Shown here: positions 1 through 6,730 of the stretch, in pieces
How positions within the stretch are numbered: position 1 is the first letter of the stretch
How the letters are laid out: each line of letters opens with the position of its first letter
Source: Fonticula alba ATCC 38817
Taxonomy: Eukaryota; Protista; Nucleariida
Strand: one strand, 5' to 3'
Assembly: GCA_000388065.2 (NCBI GenBank)
Contig: KB932304.1
DNA: 13,289 nt
Notes under the pieces: model-generated
The model's database searches: none
The model's input: the letters and a program-made list of their open reading frames with translations, nothing else
Told to the model about the DNA's origin: nothing
Translations under genes and position numbers: made by a program

Positions 1-424
1 AAACTCTAAGTCTAGTACTATTATCCAACAAAACTATCAACCTATCATAAACCCCTCTCATTTTTGGGAACACATAAGCAATATGAGCTAGACCCACCTC
101 TGAACGAGGAAGCTTTATACTTAATAACCTATCAAATAAGTCTACATCCAACTTCCTAACCATAAAATAAGCAATAAACCCTCCTACAAAAAAAAAGAGT
201 AATAATATCTGCCTAAGAGCCAAAGACTGGTAGTCAAATCCCCTAAACCCATCCATAACAAATGAAATAGCTACTATGGAGAACACAAACAGAATAAACT
301 GCAATAATAAATATAACACACTAAACAAAATCTCAAAATAATTCAAATGAGACAAGCCACTCAATCTTTTATGGATATCCTTATGATTTGTAGAGAACAA
401 CCATTTAGAAACAAATTGATTCAT
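1..424 (-). CDS. Chimeric membrane-protein ORF, 3'-truncated by the window edge (>=141 aa): cox1-like first 17 codons fused to an orf282-family body
   Basis: Manual translation: ATG at 424-422 preceded by an in-frame TAA, no stop down to base 2. MNQFVSKWLFSTNHKDI-HKRLSGLSHLNYFEILFSVLYLLLQFILFVFSIVAISF...GFIAYFMVRKLDVDLFDRLLSIKLPRSEVGL... Absent from the ORF track, probably because no stop falls in the window. Confidence 0.8.
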   Translation of the reverse strand, partial: MNQFVSKWLFSTNHKDIHKRLSGLSHLNYFEILFSVLYLLLQFILFVFSIVAISFVMDGFRGFDYQSLALRQILLLFFFVGGFIAYFMVRKLDVDLFDRLLSIKLPRSEVGLAHIAYVFPKMRGVYDRLIVLLDNSTRLRV

Positions 425-457
425 TTATGATTTGTTTATAGTATATTGGTTGTTTAT

Positions 458-530
458 GGCGGACTATAGGATTCGAACCCATGACCAACAGAATCACAAT
501 CTGGTGCTCTACCAACTGAGCTAAGCCCGC
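458..530 (-). tRNA. trnH: tRNA-His(GTG)
   Basis: GCGGGCT/AGTCCGC acceptor, D arm GCTC-AGTTGGTA-GAGC, loop TT-GTG-AT, T loop TTCGAAT, discriminator C. Confidence 0.95.
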
Positions 531-541
531 ATAATTTTAGT

Positions 542-613
542 TTGAGAAAATGGGATTCGAACCCATGCGTCATGAAATCAAAATCCATTGCCTTACCACT
601 TGGCTATTCCTCA
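542..613 (-). tRNA. trnQ: tRNA-Gln(TTG)
   Basis: TGAGGAA/TTTCTCA acceptor, ATGGA-TT-TTG-AT-TTCAT anticodon arm, ATGGG-TTCGAAT-CCCAT T arm. Confidence 0.95.
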
Positions 614-869
614 ATGGAGTTTCCTCCTTATATTTTGTTAATATTAGTTCTTAAATTTAGTTAATTTTTATTAGAATTAGATAAAACTTCTCTAACTAAT
701 GATACTTTTTCCATATTAACACAATATGAATATATCATGTTATAACTAATTGTAAAAAATACACAAAACATAAAAGAAAGATTAAAAAAAGTTAATAAAT
801 CTACTTGTGGCATAAAATATAATATATAATGGCTATATTATCTGGAAGATTATTAATATATTATCTATT

Positions 870-952
870 TGAGGGCGATGGGATTCGAACCCATGCTCAC
901 ATTCGTGGATAGATTTACAGTCTATTGCTTTAAACCGCTCAGCCACACCCTC
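870..952 (-). tRNA. trnY: tRNA-Tyr(GTA), long variable arm (bacterial type)
   Basis: GAGGGTG/CGCCCTC acceptor, ATAGA-CT-GTA-AA-TCTAT, variable region CCACGAATGTGAGC. Confidence 0.95.
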
Positions 953-954
953 AA

Positions 955-1026
955 TGAGTTTAACAGGACTCGAACCTGCGACCAACGGATTAAAAGTCCG
1001 CTGCTCTACCACTGAGCTATAAACTC
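955..1026 (-). tRNA. trnK: tRNA-Lys(TTT)
   Basis: GAGTTTA/TAAACTC acceptor, GCGGA-CT-TTT-AA-TCCGT, GCAGG-TTCGAGT-CCTGT, discriminator A. Confidence 0.95.
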
Positions 1027-1146
1027 TTATTTATAAAGTTAAATAACCCCCATTCAGTCTAATTTATTTTACTATTCCTTTACGATCTAGTGTCGAACAG
1101 ATTTAAGCTTCTAATATAATAGCATTTATTTAGGCTATAACGTAGG

Positions 1147-1195
1147 AATTTCCTAATCCTGAAGAGATTGTCGTATCTTGCCCTGTTAGGAAATT
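1147..1195. repeat. 10-bp perfect inverted repeat in the spacer between divergent tRNA clusters
   Basis: AATTTCCTAA (1147-1156) / TTAGGAAATT (1186-1195). Confidence 0.7.
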
Positions 1196-1222
1196 ATTAG
1201 TTATGTTGTTATTCAAAAAATA

Positions 1223-1307
1223 GCCCGCTTGGTGGAACTGGCAGACACGACAGACTTAAAATCTGTTTTCAGTTTATGAAGTATTGGTTCGAGTCCAATA
1301 GTGGGTA
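1223..1307 (+). tRNA. trnL: tRNA-Leu(TAA), long variable arm
   Basis: GCCCGCT/AGTGGGT acceptor, ACAGA-CT-TAA-AA-TCTGT, ATTGG-TTCGAGT-CCAAT. Confidence 0.95.
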
Positions 1308-1309
1308 TT

Positions 1310-1381
1310 GGGCTTATAGTTTAGTGGTAAAACGTTCCACTCATGATGGATACTACGTGGGTTCGATTCCTACTAAGCCCA
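1310..1381 (+). tRNA. trnI: tRNA with CAT anticodon, probably lysidine-type tRNA-Ile(CAT) rather than Met
   Basis: GGGCTTA/TAAGCCC acceptor, GTTT/AAAC D stem, loop CT-CAT-GA. The GGGCTTATAGTTTA...CCTACTAAGCC frame resembles mitochondrial trnI(CAU) genes as I recall them. tRNA call is firm; Ile versus Met is inferred. Confidence 0.8.
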
Positions 1382-1408
1382 ATGCTCCCGATCTTTTGAT
1401 CGTAGCAT
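1382..1408 (+). other. Stem-loop immediately 3' of the Leu-Ile tRNA pair
   Basis: ATGCT-CC-CGATC-TTTT-GATCG-T-AGCAT. Confidence 0.6.
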
Positions 1409-1564
1409 ACCACTATGATAGTTTATGGATGTATCTTTCGCACACACACATGCTCAGATATTACCTATCTCTTAATATTGCTTTTAGGCCACACAATATA
1501 ATTTATATTTCATTTTTTTAAATGAGATTTGTTTTTTAAGTATTTATATTATAGTTTGTTTTAA

Positions 1565-1602
1565 TTATAAAATTTTTTTTTATGAAAAATATTTTATTTG
1601 TG
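1565..1602 (+). repeat. 38-bp perfect copy of the leader and first 7 codons of orf731 (inverted relative to 13252-13289)
   Basis: TTATAAAATTTTTTTTTATGAAAAATATTTTATTTGTG is identical to the reverse complement of 13252-13289. Confidence 0.95.
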
Positions 1603-1647
1603 TATGTTCCAGCTAGTGAGACACTAGTGTGGGTTGTTAGTGATTAA
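1582..1647 (+). CDS. 21-aa upstream ORF (MKNILFVYVPASETLVWVVSD), in frame with orf282 and separated from it by one TAA
   Basis: ATG at 1582, TAA at 1645-1647, then open FSCGSKFRFSYFTIRFIF to the ATG at 1702 (120-nt offset). Confidence 0.45.
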   Translation: MKNILFVYVPASETLVWVVSD

Positions 1648-1701
1648 TTCAGTTGTGGATCAAAATTTAGATTTAGTTATTTTACTATTAGATTTATATT
1701 T

Positions 1702-2550
1702 ATGTATAATAGGTTAGATTTAATGGAGTTAAAAGCCTTATATGAAAACATGATAGCCCCGATTTTATCTATTATTTTATTTATAGTTAAATTTTTGATG
1801 TATATAATTGGAATAATTTATATATCTAAAATACAACCAGTTTATATATCTGAAGCTTCTACTGATTATTTTTTGAAGTATTATTATTATGTTATTATTG
1901 TTATTTTTATTGGATTAGGGTATCTAGTTAGTAAGTACTTCTTTAATGATTTGTATAGTAATTTGTCTTTGCCTTCGGCTAGTAAAGGATTTTATTATTT
2001 ATTGGGTCTGTTTTTGGAAGAGTATTTATTGGATAAGTGTTCTTTGTTGCTAGCTTATATTGGTCCTGCTCGAAGTAAATTGTTGGTTTTTAATTTTGTG
2101 AAATTTTTAGTTAAAGTATTGTTTCCTTTGTTTCAAGTAGGTTGTTTTGTTTTATTTCTGGTTGGGGTTATTTCCTCTTGGTATTTAATTGTGTTTGTAG
2201 CAGCTGCCCTGGTTAATTGGCTGTTTTGTTTAGTTATTTTTTCTTATGAAAAGACTTGTACAGTGGCTTTTGAGTATTTAAAAACATTGATTGATGTGGA
2301 GGTTATAGACTCTGTCCCTTTGTTTGATAGTAGGTTTTTAGCTGTTGTAGCTATCACTGTAAAGATCTCTGAAGAGGGTAAAAACGAAGGGTTTGAAGCA
2401 GCTGATGGTGGAAACTTAGGCCAGCGCTGGCTTTTCTATGCTTATTTTTCTGCTTATAAGGGAATGTATGATGCTTATTTAGGTTATACAACGAAAGCTA
2501 TGGCTGTGCTCAGAGTGTCTGTTTGGTTTTTTATAGTGATGGTAATATAA
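1702..2550 (+). CDS. orf282, multi-pass membrane protein of unknown function; intact member of a local paralog family
   Basis: Long ORF with several hydrophobic segments; by eye, no tatC, ccmC or respiratory-chain motifs. Confidence 0.75.
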   Translation: MYNRLDLMELKALYENMIAPILSIILFIVKFLMYIIGIIYISKIQPVYISEASTDYFLKYYYYVIIVIFIGLGYLVSKYFFNDLYSNLSLPSASKGFYYLLGLFLEEYLLDKCSLLLAYIGPARSKLLVFNFVKFLVKVLFPLFQVGCFVLFLVGVISSWYLIVFVAAALVNWLFCLVIFSYEKTCTVAFEYLKTLIDVEVIDSVPLFDSRFLAVVAITVKISEEGKNEGFEAADGGNLGQRWLFYAYFSAYKGMYDAYLGYTTKAMAVLRVSVWFFIVMVI

Positions 2551-2987
2551 TGTTTAGTTTTGTTAAAAATATTAGATTTTATTCTACTATAGCTAGTGGG
2601 AAATTAAGATTAGGGTTTGTCAATGACGCTAGTAAGGCTAGCTTACGTGGTAACTTTAGAAAAGGAGGACTGGACATTTTGCACCCAGTACTTACAAAGT
2701 TTGATGAAGAGGTTGAGACTCATTGTGTTCTATTACAAGGAACTAGTGTAAGTACACCCACAAATCCAGCAGAGTTGATAGATAACGATTTAAATATGGT
2801 TGGTGAGAATAAAGCACAATATGGGGTTGTACCTCATCAAAAGGTCTGTTTTAATAATAACCAGTTTAGTCCTATTAAAGGCTCTGAAAAATTTATTGAA
2901 CAAAATGGGGATAGGGTAATCGATATTGTTAAAAGTAAAAACCCGGGTTTATTGAATGAAAATGATACTGATAGTGATGTAGATTAG
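2550..2987 (+). CDS. orf145, soluble hypothetical protein, probably translationally coupled to orf282
   Basis: TAATG stop/start overlap at 2548-2552 favours the ATG at 2550 over the TTG at 2523. Confidence 0.65.
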   Translation: MFSFVKNIRFYSTIASGKLRLGFVNDASKASLRGNFRKGGLDILHPVLTKFDEEVETHCVLLQGTSVSTPTNPAELIDNDLNMVGENKAQYGVVPHQKVCFNNNQFSPIKGSEKFIEQNGDRVIDIVKSKNPGLLNENDTDSDVD

Positions 2988-3220
2988 TAAAAGGATAAAT
3001 TACATATATAATAATAGTTAAATTATATATTGTATTATAATCTAAATTAATTTAACTGCTATGATTTCACGATGTAGAATTTATTAGTATAAGTTTAAAT
3101 AAAAAATAAAAGAATAATTACACTATATAATATTGATCTAAACTGTAATATGTTCATGATAATAAACATTAATAATTACTGATTCACATACAAAATTAAA
3201 AACAACATAAAATAATATAA

Positions 3221-3635
3221 AGAGTTTATAGCTCAGTTGGTAGAGCAATTGCTTTGCAAGCAATAGGTCATGGGTTCGAGTCCTGTTAAACTCCATAAGA
3301 ATTAAGTATTCTATAGTATAGTTTATAGCTCAGGTGTTTCTAGGGTGTTGAGCTATTTATATGTTTTTTATATAAGAATGTTGTGTATTTTCTGCCTGTA
3401 GTTTATGGTTTTATCCTTGTTGTATAAAAAATATGGTTTATGTAAAATAACCTATTATTTAGGTTATTTGATACTGTACAGAGCACTTCTGTATGTTAAG
3501 CTCTTTAAACTATTAACTATTGGTGTTATAATAGTTTTATATAGCCCCTATTTAATATTCAAGTAGGGGCTTATTCAAAGTATAGTAAAATAAAGAGATT
3601 ATTTTACTAGAATATATCTATATGTTTAATATTAT
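3221..3635 (+). repeat. Diverged duplicated module, copy 1 (copy 2 at 6731-7130)
   Basis: Collinear blocks: tRNA(-like) gene plus CATAAGAA; 3392-3425 vs 6888-6921 (28/34 identical); AGCCC(C)TA hairpins; 3607-3635 vs 7102-7130 (24/29 identical). Confidence 0.8.
3222..3294 (+). tRNA. trnA: tRNA-Ala(TGC) by anticodon, with an atypical Lys-identical acceptor stem
   Basis: GAGTTTA/TAAACTC acceptor, GCTC-AGTTGGTA-GAGC, ATTGC-TT-TGC-AA-GCAAT, ATGGG-TTCGAGT-CCTGT, discriminator C. Confidence 0.8.
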
Positions 3636-3833
3636 CTTGTATATTAATTAATAATTTATTAGTAGTTAATATCATATTAAATAGCTATTATTTCCTGCTG
3701 ATTGTAAAGTATTATAATCCTTTTAGATTTAGAATTTATTAGCGTTATATTTTGTATAATTTATGTGGGTTTTTATTTCGGTATGTTTTTGTGGTGTAAT
3801 GTAAGATTTTATATTATATATATACATGTATAA
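3598..3833 (+). pseudogene. Decayed partial duplicate of nad6
   Basis: 3723-3773 matches nad6 4029-4079 at 48/51 nt (LDLEFISVIFCIIYVGF vs LDLDFIGVIFCIIYVGF); stops and frameshifts upstream, TAA at 3831-3833. Confidence 0.8.
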
Positions 3834-3866
3834 TATTTAATATTAGACTAAAGCTGATGATTATAA

Positions 3867-4427
3867 ATGTATATGGTGCTATTTTCTTTAGAGTTTTTAG
3901 TATTTTTTATTTTATTTGTAGTTTTATTGTGTGCTCTTCGTTTTTATTATAATTTTTTGTTTGAAGAGTTGACATTGATAAATTCTATTCTTTGTATTTA
4001 TTTTATTGCTTTATTGATATTATTGAAATTAGATTTAGATTTTATTGGTGTTATATTTTGTATAATTTATGTGGGTTTTATTTTGGTTTTAATTATTCAC
4101 ATGATTAGGTTTTTTTCAGGTTTTGGTTCGGTAGAAAATGTTATTTCATTTTCTAATGTGTTGTTTTTATTGTCTCCATTTTTGTTATATGTATGTTTTA
4201 AATTTTTTGGGGGTTTGTCTCCGATGTTTGAATCTAATGGTGTGTTAGAGCTGGATCTTTTAAATGGTTACGAATCTATTAATGTTGGTTTATCTAAGCC
4301 TATTTTATCTCAAGTTAGTGATTATATGTTTTTTTTTGATGGGTTGATTACATTGGGGTGTATATTAACTTTATTGACAGCTACTATAGGTGTTATTATT
4401 ATTAATAAATACGGAAATAAAAAGTAG
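3867..4427 (+). CDS. nad6: NADH dehydrogenase subunit 6
   Basis: Hydrophobic 186 aa with DFIGVIFCIIYVGFILVL (Nad6 YVGAI-type motif) and C-terminal LLTATIGVIII (LLxAMIGAIVL-type motif). Confidence 0.88.
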   Translation: MYMVLFSLEFLVFFILFVVLLCALRFYYNFLFEELTLINSILCIYFIALLILLKLDLDFIGVIFCIIYVGFILVLIIHMIRFFSGFGSVENVISFSNVLFLLSPFLLYVCFKFFGGLSPMFESNGVLELDLLNGYESINVGLSKPILSQVSDYMFFFDGLITLGCILTLLTATIGVIIINKYGNKK

Positions 4428-4914
4428 TTTGCCTTCTAGATTGGGGCGCTCTTTATTTTGGTTAAAAAATTATTATAGTAAGGATTATGGCTCTATGCTA
4501 AATAAATCTATATCTATAGATAATTACTTAGAAAATAGAAAAAGTAGAAAGAGGCAAAGGGGGGGTAGGTTATGTGCAAGTTATTCACATAACCTGTTAT
4601 ATGGTCACTTTAGACTAGTGCCTGTATCTAAAAAAGATAATAAGGATATTAAGTCATATTACTTACTTGCAAATTTCTGTAAAAGGTATTTAATAGTAAA
4701 AAAAAAAAAAATTAGAAGAAGGGTATTTAAAGCATATAGAAATAATATAAGGTATTGTTTTAGTTATAAGGGTGCTCTAGACTTAAACAGAGTTGATTTT
4801 TTTAAAAATACAGTTGATTTAAGTTATTTTAATAAATTAAATAAACTTGATTCAGATAATACTGTAGCAATTAGGCAAGCTATAGAGTCTATTGCTTTAC
4901 AAAAAAGTAAATAA
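4411..4914 (+). CDS. rps3: Ribosomal protein S3, N-terminal part (rps3_a); start codon uncertain, ACG at 4411 fits the alignment
   Basis: (T/M)EIKSSLPSRLGRSLFWLKNYYSKDYGSMLNKSISIDNYL resembles the uS3 N-terminus MGQKVxPxxFRLG....W.S.W....Y...L..D..IR.YL; basic; directly upstream of the S3 C-terminal ORF. Confidence 0.6.
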   Translation, partial: TEIKSSLPSRLGRSLFWLKNYYSKDYGSMLNKSISIDNYLENRKSRKRQRGGRLCASYSHNLLYGHFRLVPVSKKDNKDIKSYYLLANFCKRYLIVKKKKIRRRVFKAYRNNIRYCFSYKGALDLNRVDFFKNTVDLSYFNKLNKLDSDNTVAIRQAIESIALQKSK

Positions 4915-4915
4915 T

Positions 4916-6289
4916 ATGTTAATTGACTGTACTTACTCAGGTGAATTAATAGAAACTAAGGATAAAGTTCTATCTGGTCTGAATAAAGATAATAAAAGAA
5001 CAGAACAAACAGTATTATATGAATCTCATAATAAAGATTCTGCTTATAAAGTAATAACTTCTAATAACATCACTTTCATTATGAAAGAATTAAAGTATTT
5101 TAATAGTATTAATACTATTAAATATAGTTTTAATGAGTCAATTTATTTTAATTTATATCATAAATTAAAATTTATTAAAATTCCTAATAAATTTTATTTA
5201 AAACAATGGTTTCACATAATGAAGCTAAATCATGTAAATTTAAAATATTTTAAATTAAGAAATTTAATTGAGTCTAAGTATACTAAATTAAAGTCTATTA
5301 ATGGTACAATTCCTGAAATTGATATAAAAATGTTAAATACTAATTATATTGAAAGAATATCAGAAAGATACTTTAATAAACTAGATATTTTTTCTAAAAA
5401 TTTTATAAGTGAGTTGTATCCTTTATTTAATTCATTTAGATTAAATGAATTTAAAATAATAAATAAGCCAGATGGACTTTATAGAAAACACAATGAGTTT
5501 AAACCACTAGACCATGGTGTTTTAAGAACAGTTATGTTAGGATTTAACTTCCTAAGTGATAAAAAGATAGAATTAAGATCTAACTCAGATTTATTATTGA
5601 GTGATGCAAGGTCTATAGAACCAAAATTTTTAAATTTCAAGCAAAAATATTTTTCTGAAAGCAGTGATCATTCAATATATAATTCTAATGCCACTGCAAA
5701 TATAAATAATATATCAGTATTTAAAAATACTGATAAAATAAATAATATATTTAATAGTATATCCTTATATAAATTTATAGATATTCAAATGAAATTAAAA
5801 TTAGTAGCTAACAATAATTTAAATAAATTAATAAAAACAAATACAAAAACAAAAAAACAAAAATATAATAAATGGAACAACAAAAGCTACTTAAAAGTAA
5901 TATCATCATACTCTAACATAGAGCATGACACAGGATTTATTACAAGAATATACTCACAATTTACTAATTATTCATTACCATATTGGAATGCACACATCTT
6001 TATACAGATGCTAAGACTAATATTCATGTCAAACAGATTCCTACTATTAAAATTATTATCAAGAGCACTATTCACATTCAGATTCCACCCAAATAAAAGC
6101 AAAGATGCACCAAAAGCTTTAAAAATAGAAGCCTCTGGATTAATAAAAAAATTAGGAAGATCAAACAAAATACAATACAAACTAAAAGACACAAACAAAA
6201 ACAACATCAAATACGCCGTAGATTACGAAAACCTAACTGCATTAAGCAGATACGGAATCACAAACATAAAAGTAAGCCTAGAAAACTAA
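4916..6289 (+). CDS. rps3: Ribosomal protein S3, C-terminal part with a long low-complexity N-terminal region (rps3_b)
   Basis: C-terminal KALKIEASGLIKKLGRS...VDYENLTALSRYGITNIKVSL fits the uS3 C-domain (KGIKI.CSGRL...R...IDY....A.T.YG..GIKVW); ATG 1 nt after the rps3_a stop. Confidence 0.8.
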   Translation: MLIDCTYSGELIETKDKVLSGLNKDNKRTEQTVLYESHNKDSAYKVITSNNITFIMKELKYFNSINTIKYSFNESIYFNLYHKLKFIKIPNKFYLKQWFHIMKLNHVNLKYFKLRNLIESKYTKLKSINGTIPEIDIKMLNTNYIERISERYFNKLDIFSKNFISELYPLFNSFRLNEFKIINKPDGLYRKHNEFKPLDHGVLRTVMLGFNFLSDKKIELRSNSDLLLSDARSIEPKFLNFKQKYFSESSDHSIYNSNATANINNISVFKNTDKINNIFNSISLYKFIDIQMKLKLVANNNLNKLIKTNTKTKKQKYNKWNNKSYLKVISSYSNIEHDTGFITRIYSQFTNYSLPYWNAHIFIQMLRLIFMSNRFLLLKLLSRALFTFRFHPNKSKDAPKALKIEASGLIKKLGRSNKIQYKLKDTNKNNIKYAVDYENLTALSRYGITNIKVSLEN

Positions 6290-6298
6290 AAAAAAAAA

Positions 6299-6730
6299 AT
6301 GATAGTATCAAGACTAAACTATACTTCTTTTTCTTTAGTTAATACACCTAGCATAGAACACAGTGTATTCTTATACTCTGCTATTCTAGCTATGACTCTT
6401 TCTCTAGTAATATATACTGCTGGATACTGTGTAACAAATAACCACAGAACAGACCTAAACAAAATAAGTGCTTATGAGTGTGGATACAGTCCAAACTCTC
6501 ACGAATCAAACCAATACAATGCAAACTTCATAATAATATGTCTATTATTCCTACTAATAGACCTAGAAATACTATTCCTAGTACCATTCCTATACACTGT
6601 TGACTCCATAGACACTACCACATGGAATATCTTCATATACTGTATGTGCACTATCATAGGAGGAATAATATTCGAACTACTAACAAGCTCGTTCGGAAAA
6701 CTAGGTAAAATCATCAAACAAAACAAATAA
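6299..6730 (+). CDS. nad3: NADH dehydrogenase subunit 3
   Basis: KISAYECGY and FLLIDLEILFLVP motifs. Confidence 0.93.
   Translation: MIVSRLNYTSFSLVNTPSIEHSVFLYSAILAMTLSLVIYTAGYCVTNNHRTDLNKISAYECGYSPNSHESNQYNANFIIICLLFLLIDLEILFLVPFLYTVDSIDTTTWNIFIYCMCTIIGGIIFELLTSSFGKLGKIIKQNK

Noticed and set aside
1382-1500. Possible 5S rRNA (CCCGATC resembles loop C)
   Set aside because: No helix I closure or other 5S landmarks could be built by eye; needs a covariance model.
1276-1521. 81-aa + strand ORF in the track
   Set aside because: Runs through tRNA-Leu and the CAT tRNA; incidental frame.
3321-3356. GTTTATAGCTCAG echo of the trnA 5' end within an 8-bp hairpin
   Set aside because: No T arm or acceptor partner, so not called a tRNA; treated as part of the duplicated module.
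4698-4711. 14-A run in rps3_a as a programmed frameshift site
   Set aside because: The frame stays open (KKKK) for about 200 nt beyond it; nothing requires a shift.
5968-6210. 80-aa - strand ORF
   Set aside because: Antisense shadow of the conserved rps3 C-domain.
6499-6726. 75-aa - strand ORF
   Set aside because: Antisense shadow of nad3.
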